Shown here: piece by piece, positions 1 to 14,895 of the stretch
Numbering within the stretch: the stretch's first letter is position 1
Layout of the letters: each line of letters starts with the position of its first letter
NCBI GenBank assembly: GCA_951406725.2
Contig: OX597826.1
Coordinates: 44,144,001-44,208,000, forward strand
Direction: 5' to 3'
DNA length: 64,000 nucleotides
From: Octopus vulgaris
Lineage: Eukaryota
Made by a program: the position numbers and the translations under genes
The notes under the pieces: model-generated
Database searches by the model: none
Seen by the model: the letters and a program-made list of their open reading frames with translations, nothing else
Told to the model about the DNA's origin: nothing

Positions 1-1749
1 AGCTTCCTTACATATATAACAATCATATGATGAACTAGTTGATTAGGTTACTGACGTGTTAGGGATTAGGTGGGAAAGTATTGAAAGATAAAGAAAGAAA
101 CGTTATATTGTTCTTCTTTTAAAGGAATAATGAAGCTATACGCAAATATCATATAGCAACGAAGTATGAAAGATAAACATCCCCATGCAACAATGTAAAC
201 TAAATAACACCGGCCTCTCTTGCAATTTCCTACGGCTATCGGTGTTTGATATCCAAAAAGGAAAAATATTAAATCTTGATCGAGAACGTTACGCAGTCGT
301 GACTTGCTGAGTGAATAAGAACAATGTATTGTGTGCGAGGAATAAACATTTTCTCCATTTTAGTCGTTGAATAAGTTACTACAGAAAGGTTATTTGATAA
401 TATACTTTCGACGGTAATATTTTCTGATTCATGGAAACTTTATAGATGTGTCCGTCACTAAAAGAACTCGTAATATAGAAGCGGTCTTCTTTTGCGTCGT
501 ATTGTGTTTTATTATGCTATGAACATTGTGGATTCAACACGACACAGTAAATATTTATATTTTGGATATTTTACAATTATTTCAAGCACTATGAGATGTT
601 TGGTGGCCACAACACATTCGTTTTAGACATTCAGAGTGCAGCAGAACTTATTTACAAGCAAATACAGAAAAAAAGCGCCATATTTGTAGCATGAGTGCTG
701 GTATATATCTAAGCCTTTTTGATTGATGCGTGGAAAATTAACTTTAGGTTGATCCCATTCGTTATGAATTTTTTTTATTCTTTATTTGTCTTATCGCGGA
801 TGTATTAAATTGTAACTCTGTCGTTGTAAAAAGATTTAACAGCAGTGGCATCGTACTTAGCCTTTCTTCTGTATCTATTTTTTGTTGTTGTTGTTTAGAT
901 TTAGTTGTTGGTAGTTTCAAGTGAACAACATAAGAAACCAGATGTTAAGAAAATGACCCTGTCTAACATATTTACCTTCAACCTGTTTGCTGATAAAAAT
1001 CGAGGTCAGACATAGACCTAGACTAAGTAATACCCCATTCATGCTTTACCAGTGTTGTAGACATTATCTTAGACGCCCGTGTATTGATACGATTTAACAT
1101 CCAATTACCGAATTTGTAGGGGGAAATGGTTTATATCAGAGAAAACAGCAAGAGAGATAAATGCATCACACATGAACGGGATACAAGGTTACAAAACCTT
1201 TATTAAAGAAGCTCGACATATTGCTACTCTGTTGCTATACTTTCTAATTATTCTGTTTAGATTAACTTATTTTATTTTAACTTGTGGTATTTTATTGCTT
1301 GATACTATATAACCTAATTGCCCACTGCAATTAAATTGTGATTTTTATCGATATGTTTTTGTTATTGATCTTTCATAACCGCTTACAGATATAATCGAAA
1401 TTTTAGAAAATTTTAAAATATATTTTGGATATATATATATATTTTCAATAATTTTCTATCTTATTAATTGTATCACACTAATAGTATTTAAGATGAAAGT
1501 ACGTTAAAACAACACAGAAAAGTTAATTAAATGAAAAAGAAGAACTTCAAAGTATACATATCATTTTATTAGTGCTTAATATACATGACTTGATAAAATC
1601 GGATAGAAACCTATGAAAATGGCTCCATATAACTCAGCATCAAACAGAATTGCTAAAAGCATATTCACCAAGTAAAGGTTCTATTAATGTATATTTGATC
1701 TGCATGCTTTTAAGTTAACGGACAATCCTTCATTTAGGAAGAATTCTTG

Positions 1750-2350
1750 CTTTACGAAGCCTTCTCAGTCGCTAATATGTCTCGAAGCCCATTTCTAGCA
1801 AACACATGCTTTCCTGTTTCCGCTTCTTTATTCTTAAATATTATTAATTCTGGCCACCCGTAGTATGCATCAATAAGTATTATGAAACTTCCATTATTCT
1901 TGACGTAAGCATGATTCATGTGCACATGTTTCCATGCTTTAATTTCTGAGGCCATGCGTGCACTGCGTGTGTGCCGTTCCACATCTTCATATTCATAACT
2001 ATACAATCTTACAGATTCACAGTAACTTGGTCATCATGCTTATAACTTCAACCGATTCCTCGTTGGCGTTGAGCCACAATGAACAGCATCATGCGCACAG
2101 CTTTTATCATTAATGTTCTTAAACAGGTTGATGGAACAATTAAATTCTTCGTTACATCATTTTCAACTGTTAACTTATATTTCAATGACTTCAGCAATAA
2201 TTTCTCCATGAGAACAATGGCTCCAAATGTTAATAGAAATCTCCTTTAATGCATAGGTTACAACATGATTAGAAATTCCCACTCTTTACATGTATGTTTA
2301 AATATATTTATCGCAGTAACATCTCGTGCTCTTGTACGCATTTCGATATA
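1750..2350 (-). mobile_element. Ty3/Gypsy LTR-retrotransposon pol relic (integrase region), degraded
   Basis: Minus-strand translation gives WKHVHMNHA..ILIDAYYGWPELI..VFARNGL, resembling the Gypsy integrase W.RVH.D...L..VDAYS.WPEV...FAR.G.P. Upstream LIVPSTCL matches the region before the Zn finger. Stops and frameshifts present. Confidence 0.7.
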
Positions 2351-2771
2351 ATGACGCAATCTCTTAAAATCTAATTTAACAAAATAACTCAGAGCTCAAG
2401 AAGAACGTAATAGCAATCAGAAACTTGATGTTTTAATTTACTCCCACGTTTTATAATCACAATATATATATATCCTCAGAACTCCACCCGTCTTTTACCT
2501 AAATACTAAAGGAGACGTGTGTTTATTTATAATCTGTACATCGCGAAGATATTAAAAAAGCCATTCAAGAATGAATTTTCTTAGCTTTACTATGACTAGA
2601 CGTGTTAGTAATGACATAACATTGTATAAATTTTGAGAATAATGTTATGCTTTAAACATCGAAACCAACCAAATTGTCTTAGAAACTCGATCTTATGAAT
2701 AAGTGCATACTATGAATATTCACCTCAAAGCAAACCGTAAAGGAACGAGATGATGAGTGTATATATATATA

Positions 2772-3162
2772 CTCGCTTTTCTCTTTTAATCTTGTACTTG
2801 TTTCAGTCATTTGACTGCGGCCATGCTGGAGCACCGCCTTTAGTCGAGCAAGTAAGCCCAGTACTTATTATATCGGGGTCTTTTGCCGAACCGGTAAGTG
2901 ACGGGGACGTAAACACACCAGCATCGGTTCTCAAGTAATTCTAGGGGGACAAACACAGACACACAAACATATACACACACACTTATATATATACATATAT
3001 ACGACAGGCTTCTTTCAGTTTCCGTCCACCAAATCCACTCACAAGTCATTGGTCGGCCCGGGGCTATAGCAGAAGACACTTGCCCAAGATGCCACGCAGT
3101 GGGACTGAACCCGGAATCATGTGGTTGGTTAGCAAGCTACTTACCACACAGCCACTCCTGCG

Positions 3163-3165
<3 letters not shown>
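2772..3165 (-). mobile_element. tRNA-derived SINE, family A (CORE-like ttgggcaagt domain, internal TA/CA microsatellite), near full length
   Basis: Head AGGCGCAGGAGTGGCTGTGTGGTAAG...GGTTCAGTCCC with A/B-box-like motifs. Homologous copies at 14285, 23000, 39105, 53845 and 60560. Confidence 0.9.
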
Positions 3166-3207
<42 letters not shown>

Positions 3208-5114
3208 TAAAAGCTCGTCAACAAATTATTGAGACGATAGTGTGCAGCTGTATGGACGCTGACAACTTGGCACGGCTGAATGGACAACGAACATGTTTTG
3301 GTGACAGTGCGTTTTGGCGCTGGAGCCAAGCACGAACATGCGTACGAGCGCACACACAGTCACGTATATATGAGCACGCGCTGAAATATATAGACACAGA
3401 GTAAGAGAGAGAGAGAGAGATAAATAGAGAGAGAGAGAGTGAGAGAGAGTGAGAGAGAAAGAGAGAGAGAGAGAGAATGAAAAAATATCAAAACTTTTGA
3501 TCTTAAATGAGTCCGCATCGATGCAGCAACGCCAAAAGAACGGCGCCGAACGGCTGTACCAAAATGTCTCGTATCCGATTTACTTTATATTCAGCTACAA
3601 CGACACTACACTACTGGCAGGTTTTATTCATGATCTTCCGAAATCCAATAAGTACTCTATCAAATGGTTTTAAGTTGAGATCACACATTTGGGTTTTTCA
3701 AATCAATCCAGGGATTTGGGGGTAATTCAAATACTTGACTACCAGTGTATCGTTGTAGTATTGTAGGGCAATTGCATATATACTTGTAGAATTTTTATTC
3801 TTAATTTCTTCCATTTCCTTAACCAAAGTGGTTTTTCTTTCACATTAAAAAATAAGTTTTACCATATGCAAGATAGTGCATGCTTATATCTATAAAAGCG
3901 AAATTTCGAATCAGATTTATAATTCTTTCTATCAAAACATGACACAATCATATCATGAAGATCACCATTACTTTCTGTTGTTTTTATATTCTTTGGATTG
4001 GAGTTACATGAAGCTTAGATATCATTTCAAGCTTTTGAATGAATGTACGGTACGCATTAAGTTTTCGGTGATCTGATTGAATATATATTATAATACTTAC
4101 TTTCATTTGATGCTCTGATCATTTCACATTATCTATAGGATTCATTTAAGTCATGCATTTACACTATTTTATGGAGTTCCAATCTATTTATAAAAAAAAA
4201 TTCCTTAAAAAGAACTCAATCACGTATTCTCTGAATTGATTCAATCATATTTTCGATGTGATAAAAATTTGACAATATCCGAATTTCCTAATTTCTTTTT
4301 CATGAAGCCTTGACAACATTATTACACACCAATTTCTTCAAGTTCCTGGCTTTTCGATCGTACAGAAATATTTGGTATCACTATCACATGTTTTCTGATT
4401 GAAACAAGTCTATTATTTGCTTTAAGTCATTCGGTGTCCAAAAGTTCCTCCGTATTTTCAGTGGCAGCACAATATTAACAGCCAAGCCTCTGTCATCGTG
4501 CGGACGTCTGTTGCTATTTACAGTCGGCACCATTGTTTTGTGCTATAATTATGTGGCTGCACGGCATCTTATACTCTCAGCAAAGAAAAAAAAAATCTTT
4601 CTTTATTGGATTACCAACCCTTTGACATTGAATTATAGTGATCTGCTTTAAATAGAATCAACAAATGAGTAAAATTCCTGCAATGCTACCAACATTAATA
4701 TGATAACGATATTACAATTAATTATTTTACAACAGCAATTTTGCTTATGAAAAAGCATCAACACACGAAAACATGTTGGACAGCTGCAAAAGGAAGACAT
4801 TCAAAGAGTAAATCTCATTTTACTAGCACCTAATGAATTTTATTGCGAGAGTTAAAAGCAATGAACAAGTATAGCGTCTTCGGTGCGATATTTATAAACT
4901 ATTTATGCTGATTTTTTTCCGGCTCCGGTACATGGCCGTATATTTATTGATGTCGGGGTTATTCCATTACAAATATACAAGTACGTTTGATTTATAATCC
5001 ATAAATTGATCGAATTTTTCAGATGGCCTAGACGTATTTTCCCATTAAAAAGGCTGATAGAACCAATAGAACTTGTAGATTATAACGATTGACACATCTG
5101 TCGTTTAATATATT

Positions 5115-5600
<486 letters not shown>

Positions 5601-5994
5601 GATTTACATAAAGAAATTAAAAAAAAAGATATATAGGTATTGAACTGATGCCAATTCCAGGAATGTGTCGCAAATGAAATAAAAGACTAAATTTCCCACG
5701 ATGCAACCGTGTTAATAATGATTTCTGAAGTGATTTACAAATAGGAAAAATGAAAAAAAAATGTGTAGGTGAAATATCTATTCGATTCAATTTCTCTAGA
5801 TATTTGATTATTATTTTGTAGTTTTTAGGAAGACAAAAGTCAATAGGAACTCCAGCGAGCGGCGATCGAGCCGCAGTTTTCGCATGTAATGAATGGAGGT
5901 TTATATTTTTCCATGCTCTAGCGATCCAAATATATTTTGAGAGTACAGTAATAATTGTTTATACTAGGAGCACGTATCCTCAAATTTTAAGGGA

Positions 5995-6177
5995 TGAAGC
6001 CGATCGCATTGCCTCCAGTACTTGGATGATGCATATTTTATCATGTCCAAAAGGATGAAACGCAGAGTCAATCTCGGCGGGATTTGAACTCAGAACATAA
6101 AAACGGACATAAAAACGAACATAAAACGGACGAAATAACGCGACGCATTGCGTCCGGCAAGCTAATGATTCTGCTAG
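5995..6177 (-). mobile_element. SINE family B, degenerate copy
   Basis: aaaggatgaaa..gtcaatctcggcgggatttgaactcagaac matches the copies at 11882 and 15997-16620. Confidence 0.8.
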
Positions 6178-6235
6178 ATCAATGACTTTGAGCATTTTAG
6201 TAGTTGATGCTTTTGAAGTTCTTGTTTTTTTTTTC

Positions 6236-7446
6236 CTAGGTAATCTCTGATTAAAATTTCCAGTTATTTTAAGTGCATGAAACCCAGACGTCCATTTCCT
6301 AAAGAACTCGGAAGGTTGGTCTCCCAGCCTGGCCTCTGTGGCAGCGATCACTTCCTAATCGGAGTGAAATTTCGTTCCCTTGAGATGCTTCTTCAGTTAT
6401 AGAAAGACATGATAGTCAGAGGAGGCCAAGTCAGGAGAGTAATGTAGATGGTCTACCAATTCCAAGACATGATCGCGTATTTTTCGTGGAGTTTCATGTA
6501 CTGTGTGTGTTGGAGCATTTTTCTCCAAAAACAGGAACCCATGACTCATATTTCCACGGCGTTTCTACTTTAAAGCTGCATGTAGTTCGTCCTATAGATA
6601 TATTTTGCGTTGATGGTGCGGCACTTTCGCAGGTATTTTATGAGGAGTACACCGTCTTTGTTCCAGAACACTGAAGCCAGAATGTTTTCAGCTGACTTCT
6701 GGGTTCGAAACTTCCTGGGACATGGCGACTGCTATGGTGCCACTCTATTGATTGCTGCTTGATCTGGGGATCATAATGATGAAGTTAAGTTTCATCCAAG
6801 GTGACTAGACGAACCCTAAAATCAGCATCTGACGCTGCAACCCAGTCCAAAGTCGCCTTTGATGCCCTCACTCTGATGCGCTTCTGGTCTGCGTTCAAAC
6901 ATTCTGGATCCCATTTTACAGAAGGTTTTTCCACATCCAGAATGTTATGTGGGATGTAGCCAACTCTTTCGCGGAAAATTCCAAGAGCCTCAGCTATAAT
7001 TCTAGCTGAAATCCGGCGGTACTTTAAAATTATGACATGCACAACGTCGGCTTTGTTCTCTGAGGTCGCAGAAGTTGGCTGTTTTGATCGGGGTTCATCT
7101 GTGACCTCAAAATGACCAGTTCGAAACCTTGACAGGCAGATTTTTCCTGTGAAGTAAGATGAGCAGCTATTTCTTCAATACTTCCTTACTCTCTCCATGT
7201 ATTCCCTCAGCTCCTTTGCCTTGCAAAAAGAGGAATTTCGTGACTACCCCTGTTTCAAATTTATCCGAAATCCACTGTAGGAGCTACTGTCATGCGTTAA
7301 ATCTGCAAAAGAGGGCAAGATGTATTCTAAAAATCATGATTGTTTACATATTTTCTCCTAAACAGTTGCCCTACCTCCTACCACAAGGTAACAGCTCTAC
7401 CTGTTAGCGATACCCTTAAAGGCAGGTTCTTTTTAGCACCCTCTTG
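6236..7446 (-). mobile_element. mariner (DD34D-type) transposon relic with broken transposase
   Basis: Minus strand: KWDP (WVP-like), LVTLDET, YSPDLASSDYHVF. A 5' TIR-like end (TA)CAAGAGGGTGCTAAAAA lies at about 7446; the other TIR is not visible. Confidence 0.9.
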
Positions 7447-7749
7447 TATGCAGACTAAGTTACCATCTTCTCAAGCTATACCGTTCTATCTTAAAAAATG
7501 AAGGAGCTATTAAAATAATATAGTTCATATATCTTGTCTTAAGATAATATGGGACGGACATGGTTGGAACACTCCAAGCGAACATTTACTTGATTAGGGC
7601 TAACCTAGTCGAAAAAATAAAACAATGTATACCTGTACCTAAATGGGAAATTACACATTTACATATATAGAGACAAACATAGGTGGCAGTTTGTGCGTTT
7701 TGAGGAAACACAGCCTATCCCTCCCCATCCCTCATTTTCCTTCCTTGTA

Positions 7750-8032
7750 CATCCATCCGTCCATACATCCACCCATCCATCCATCCATCCATCCATCCAT
7801 CCATCCATCCATCCATCCATCCATCCATCCATCCATCCATCCATACATACATATATACATACATGCATACATATGATGAGGGAGTGTCACTCTGGTTTTT
7901 AAAACCGCAAATATAACGCAAGCTTCACTGAGGCTTCTCGTGAAGTGGAGTTGAAACCAGCGTTGGTACAGAAACAATTGTATCTGATCGCTAAAAATGT
8001 GTTTAAGTCTTCCTTTATCTTTTTATTCGGAT

Positions 8033-8066
<34 letters not shown>

Positions 8067-8163
8067 TGTATGTATGTATGTATGTATGTATGTATGTATG
8101 TATGTATGTTTATATATCTATATCTATATTATATATCTATAGCTATATCTATCTATCTATCTA

Positions 8164-8238
<75 letters not shown>

Positions 8239-8260
8239 ATATATATATCTATATATATAT
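7750..8260. repeat. (CCAT)n, (TATG)n and (TATC)n tetranucleotide microsatellites
   Basis: Read directly. Confidence 0.95.
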
Positions 8261-8848
8261 ATGGCAAGAAGAAAATGGAGGGAAACCAGACGTAGTATTC
8301 ATCAGCTGTTAGACATTATATTATGTCTATTTATTTATTTTAAACAGTTCAAATAATATATAAATACACGTGTAAATTACTAGTAATTTCTAGACTAGAG
8401 AAAGAAGACCAGTTTCTTACTGTCAAGAGGTCAGAGTACCCCACATGTTATGTGGCAGGCATACCCAAGTACCCAAATTTTATCTTCAGATTACTACAGT
8501 ACACTGTAAGAAACTGCTCTTCTTTCTTTATTCTACAAATTACTGATACTTTACACATGTATTTATATATAATCTGAACTGTTTAAAATTTATAAATAGA
8601 CATAATACAATGTCTAATATCTGATGGATAGTACCTCTGGATTCCCTCTATTTTCTTCTTGGCATATAAATTAAGGGTAAATTAAGGATAAAAACACTTA
8701 TTACCCTCGCCTAATTATTATATTCAAATATGTAATTGCACACAATAACCAACACTTGTGTATTAAATTAGGTATTCTACCAGCAGTATATTCGATAGAT
8801 ACTATTCCTTAGTTGGTTGGCTTCACAACCTCTAACTTTCTTTGAACT
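8258..8848. mobile_element. Fold-back segment (arms about 8258-8420 and 8506-8668) between TA tracts, probable Penelope-like pLTR derivative
   Basis: About 160-bp imperfect inverted arms; both ends of the segment abut (TA)n. Confidence 0.6.
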
Positions 8849-9831
8849 ATATATATATATATAAATGTATGCATGTATGTATAGATAGACAGGCTCAGAG
8901 ATAGATAGATGATTTATTTATATCTATATGTGTGTATTAAGCGTAATTGGAGCAATTTCATTTCAGTTATGCTCCATAACATTCTTGGAATCGATCAAAA
9001 AACATCCTATGTTTCTTTCCCTCTCCCTTCCTCTTTTCTTCTCTCTTTGTTTATGAATTTAGAATTTAATATTTGTGAAATATGATTCTGGGATCTACTA
9101 ATCTTGTTTCGTTAAGCTGATACGTAATCAAATTGTTTCCTTTTTAAAATTACATAAAAGTTCAAAGTCTATGGAGCGGTATAAGATAATGAAGCAACTA
9201 CTGCGTGAAATTACGTTGCTTGGAGGTGTTCATCATGCAATCTTAGAGATGGCTTACAGAGTAGCTTTAACTATTGAGAGTACAGTGACAGAAACAATTA
9301 TTTGCTGAAATCATGAAACGCGATATAAGAAGTAAGCTGACATTTAATGCTACATATATGTGTAAATGATTGAAACATTATCGTATTATAATACAGGAGA
9401 ACACTAATTAATGCTTGGAAACGTTACAAGAAATATTTTCGAGCAAGGTGCTTCTCCTATGACTTTTGCAGGTCATTCAATTCCTGGGTCAACAATTATA
9501 GGTAGATGTTTTCTGGCCTCAATGATAAAGATACTCCAGTTTCTGTGATGTAAATTTTGTTAGGTTAAGGATTGTAGGTCGCCATCGAAGATTCAGTCAC
9601 AATGAGAGATACAATTTGTAGTGACCTTTCTCTATATATGTATTGATTACAATGTCTTTATATTGATAAAATACGATTGGAATATACCCGTTGAAGAATA
9701 ATGTTTGAACTATCTGTCCGTGAAAGCAGTAGATTTATGAGTGTATATTGTATTTCTTTTCTCTCTTTGTCCCTCCAATTTAAGATACATTTCATCAACG
9801 AGGGGTTACATTAAATTTTAAGTTATGCATA

Positions 9832-9897
<66 letters not shown>

Positions 9898-9905
9898 TTG
9901 CGTGC

Positions 9906-9985
<80 letters not shown>

Positions 9986-11136
9986 ATTCATAGGAATTCC
10001 AACTCTGTTTTTTATGTTTTATTTATATTTTTTGTAATATTAATGTAGAATATAGAATATATAGTATAAATACTATATATAGTAAAATGAAATTAAGTAT
10101 TGATTGTCTTATTGAATAGATGGAATATTGAATATCGAATATTGAGGGACTAGTATACTTTCTTGCATTAAAGCAGTTTTCAAGGTCCCAGTTTGTGACA
10201 GGATATGAATACACAGTCTTAATTTTAGTGATAGGGATAAGAGACATGAGACATAGAAAGATGTCAATAATCATTAGCTTTTAAGAATATGTTTCTTGTA
10301 TATATTCATGCTTTAGCAAAAACTGAGATGGTCTTTCGTAACGTTGAAATAGTCATTCCCGTTACATTAACGCATTAAATGAAGAAACCGATATTAACAC
10401 TTTACTAAACGACACCATTTTTTTCTATCCATGTCATATTAATGAATAAGTAAAATAAATGAATAAATATAAATAAAACAGCAGCAACAACAACAGCAAC
10501 AATAATTGATTATAATGATAATTATGATGATGATGATGACGTTGACCGGTGGGTATTGGGGTTGGATGGTCAATCCCATCGATTTCGACGTATGAGTGTT
10601 TGAAGGAAAGCTTCTACAGAAATAGTAGCTCCATATATTTGTGATGGATGCATAGACACAAATTAAGTCCAGGCATGGGTTTTGCTAAATCGCAACTGAG
10701 GTTTTGATGAATTTGTTTGGGATTTTACAAATGCGTCTCGTGATTGCACGGTATAATTTTTTTTTATCATTATGTTTCTTCATCACAAATTAATTCGATG
10801 CATCATGACACATTTTACGCCATTCAATCAATCTAGAGAATAACATTCCCAGAATGTTAAATTAAGCTGTTGGGTTTTTAGTGATTGTTTCAATTCATCC
10901 TTGTACTTTAGCTGGATTCTCTTTTACCTTAGAATCTGTTTTGTGGACGCCCCCAGACGACGAAGTAGGCTAGCCCAGTACGTAGATATAGAGGGAGAAG
11001 TCTAGACGTCGGGAGTTGAGCAGAGGTCATCGGAACGTGCGATATAACAGAATCCATCTACATATTACTAAAATGTTTTTGCAATGCGTCTATCATGCAA
11101 AATTGGAGCAACATGTCCTCCCAATATGCACTGAAT

Positions 11137-11235
11137 TCTCAGCAGCAAGCTTTCAATGCTGGAGATATTCTCAGCAGCATGCTTTCGATGCTAGAGGTAT
11201 TCTCAACATCATGCTTTCGTTACTGGAGATATTAC
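11137..11235. repeat. Three copies of a ~32-bp tandem repeat
   Basis: tctcagcagcaagctttcaatgctggagatat / tctcagcagcatgctttcgatgctagaggtat / tctcaacatcatgctttcgttactggagatat. Confidence 0.85.
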
Positions 11236-11881
11236 TCTTTAAAATTTTGGCATTTGCTATCCTACCTTGCCATTTTATTTTTAGATTTTCTGTAGATTAC
11301 GCATGGGTAAAGGTTTCGGGTGTCTTTGTATGACTATGGTAGGGAATCTATGTTTCTGCCCAATACAAATGTGTACTCAAAATACCTGATTTGTCTAAAC
11401 TTATATTAGTTTTCAAACTGACACCGTGTTCATCCTATAAGCCAATTAAGCAGTTATCTGCGACAGTAATGTAGCAGTAAATGAGTTTGATAACGGATCT
11501 CTGTTACATGGTGTTGATTTTAAGGATATATTTGAACAACATCTCGCAGCAGATGCCATTATTACGAATCATGACTTTTTCCATTTTGAATAGTAATGAA
11601 GGAGGTGAATCTATCACACCTTTAGCTTAATTCCATCGATTCTTTTATCGAAGTTCGTTGTTAAAAGCATTCTTTCTCTACCAAGTTCCCGGTGCATAAA
11701 AGTCAGCTGATCATATTATTTTGGAAAGGTCTGCTAAGGTTGTGGGCAATGTTCCTGATCATAAATTTTTTGTTTGCTTTCCCGGAAAAATACACAAGAC
11801 TTGATGTTACTGTGCGAAATGATATTGACAGTGGACAATTTGTAGAAACGGTAAGAATTACCTATTTCGAATGATTCGGAA

Positions 11882-12255
11882 AGGCGGTGAGTTGGCAGAA
11901 TCGTTAGCACGCCGGGCGAAATGTTTACCGGAATGTCGTCTGTCTTTACGTTCTGAGTTCAAATTCCGCCGAGGTTGACTTTACCTTTCATCCTTTCGGG
12001 ATCGATAAATTAAGTACCAGTTACGCTCTGGAGTCGATGTAATCGACTTAATTCGTCTGTCCGTCCTTATTTATCTCCTCTGTGTTTAGCCCCTTGTGGG
12101 TAGTAATGAAATAGGTATTTCGTCTGTCTTTACGTTCTGAGTTCAAATTCTGCCGAGGTTGACTTTGCCTTTCATCGTTTCAGGGTTGCTAAATTAAGTA
12201 CCAGTTGAGTACTGGGGGCGATCTGGGCCTTGTGCCTAGAGTAGAAAAGAATATT
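11882..12255 (+). mobile_element. SINE family B, head-to-tail dimer
   Basis: Head aggcggtgagttggcagaatcgttag, B box gttcaaattc, central gacttt(a/g)cctttcatc..aagtaccag present twice. Confidence 0.9.
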
Positions 12256-12973
12256 GAGTGATTCAGTAATATGAGAATTAGCCACACACGCGGCTGCTTC
12301 AAATAAATGACAATGAGCAGAAAATATAATTATACATCAAGAGAGCTATATAACATTCTGCTAGAGTTCACATCTGCGCATTTTCCAATCCTTCTAATAC
12401 GTTCTAAGATAAGTGATTGTTTCTCTTAATTCTTAGAAATATACAGATGACTATTCGTAAGATGTAATGAAAACTTGCAATGAAAGCTGAAGCGGTTCTG
12501 TATTAACCTCTGATTGAAATTTTACAAGTAAAGCTGTACATATCTTTATAAAGCATGTCTACGTTTAGATGTCTAAATGGAGCCACCTAATCGTTTGTAT
12601 GTATTTTTGTAAAACACTTGTTCTCAACCTTTTGCAACCCTTTTCACCGATTGGCTTTGCACAAAACTCTCCCACTTAGATTTCTCCAGCAACAGATATC
12701 TCCGCTTAGATATCTCCATCAATAGGATTTTTATACATAGTTTAGCACAAGAATTGAGGAGTGTATTAAACGGCCAGAATAGTTAAATAAAATACATTTG
12801 TTTTAAGAAAAAAAACCGTTTTACATGGGTCAGTGTCTTCTGAAACTGATAAAACCGCCTTTTGCAAAAGAATTTCATTCAAAAACATGTTTTCTTACAG
12901 AGGGTTTATTGTACAATTCCTGTTTACTAAAAGCACCCACCTACTATATGTATATTTGATAAAAATTGGTAAA

Positions 12974-13050
<77 letters not shown>
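12974..13050. repeat. (ATT)n microsatellite
   Basis: Read directly. Confidence 0.95.
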
Positions 13051-13658
13051 GTAAAACAAATGAACATTGTGTTTATGTTTCCTTCTAGTTTTCAGTATAT
13101 CTTTGCAGTCTTAGACATGTACAAAGCAATTAACTGCTGATGTATTTTATATTCTATTTATAATTACATCTTTTGCACAAAGAACCTCAACAGCGAGATA
13201 AACGTTATGTTTATATTATTATAGACACAAAACCTGCTAATAAGAACGACCGTTTTACATTGTGTACAACAGTCGTATACAATCTGGGGACTAGGCTCCT
13301 TGAATACTGATATAATGCATTTTATTATTTACCAGCATGCCGCTCCTGGAGAGATATGTATGTATGAAATTGCAGCGACTAGGATGCATAAATGCATACG
13401 GACCAATGTGTAGTTGCTGCAATTCAAACATATGTTGGTTATTGTTATATATACTGTAGAAAACGTTTTTAATAAAAAAGTTTTGGAAGTGAATGAATCT
13501 CCACTCTTCTTTTTCAGTTATATATATACATGTGTGTGTGTGTGCGTGTATGTATATATATATATATATATATATATACAATATAATAAATAAATAAAAT
13601 ATATGCATGTATACATAAATATATGTACATACTTACATCTACATGTATATATATACAA

Positions 13659-13710
<52 letters not shown>

Positions 13711-14250
13711 GAATACAGGACACCACAATTATACGTAGAACACAACGAAAACATAAAATCAAACAAGGAAACTGACTTTTTTTAACAACGAAAAAACAGA
13801 GTACAGGACAAACAATACAAGGAAAATTCCCCTTCATCAGCTGCCCCTGTTTCGAAGGTAAGGGCAGAACACGGCCAGGCCGAAACAATCCTTCCTGCAA
13901 AGGGAATTAAATAAAATTATTTTGCAGAGGGGTAAAACAAGTGACAAGAACAGGACGTAAAAGCAATACAAATGAAGAAAAACAGTAGAAAAAAACAGTA
14001 AAAATAGGGAATAACAGGACAGGGAACCAACAAAAAGGGACTTTTTAGGCCTAGACGGTGGAAAAATTAGTTAGAACGCATATACACATAATGACGACGG
14101 TGATTACTAGAAATATAAAACCAAAATGGAAAGATTCCGTTGTCACTAATAATGACTTAGGATGCAAGGTAGCAACTACATGACAAGAAACAAGAGTCAA
14201 GATCTTCATGGCCACAAAAGGCACATTTTCTATGTACTGATAAGGGATGT
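13711..14250 (-). mobile_element. TA-adjacent interspersed repeat, related to 62155-62530, probable PLE terminal derivative
   Basis: Both copies start right after (TA)n with tacagga...caac...acgaaaac...cccttcatca(g/a). Confidence 0.5.
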
Positions 14251-14284
14251 AACTGCCTCAAAGCGAGCAGGGTCACTATACTAG

Positions 14285-14518
14285 CAAGCTAGTTTCGGGC
14301 GATGATGGGTGTACAAACACAGATGCACACATATATACACGCACAACACACACACATATACGGCAGCTTCTTTCAGTTTTTGTCAACCAAATCCAGTCAC
14401 AAGACTTTGGTTGCCCCGAGGCTATAGTAGAAGATACTTGCCCAAGATGCCATACAGTGGGACTGAACCGAGAACTATGTGCTTAAGAAGCAAGTTCCTT
14501 ACCACGCAGGCACACCTG
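14285..14518 (-). mobile_element. SINE family A, partial
   Basis: cttgcccaagatgcc..gtgggactgaacc matches the 2772-3165 copy. Confidence 0.85.
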
Positions 14519-14696
14519 TATAGATACACAAAACGTATGTGTATATATATATAAATACATACATGTATACATATACATATATATATGTGTGTGTGCGTGT
14601 GTGCATTCTCCGTCTTTGTGTCTCTCTTAGTATATACATACGTATATATATATATATATATGTATATGCGTGTGTATATATATGTAAATATATGTA

Positions 14697-14895
<199 letters not shown>

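Noticed and set aside
10550-11860. Possible old LINE RT relics (also 250-850, 36950-37700, 42700-43100, 48870-49330)
   Set aside because: Composition suggests decayed LINEs, but motifs are too eroded to call without a profile search.
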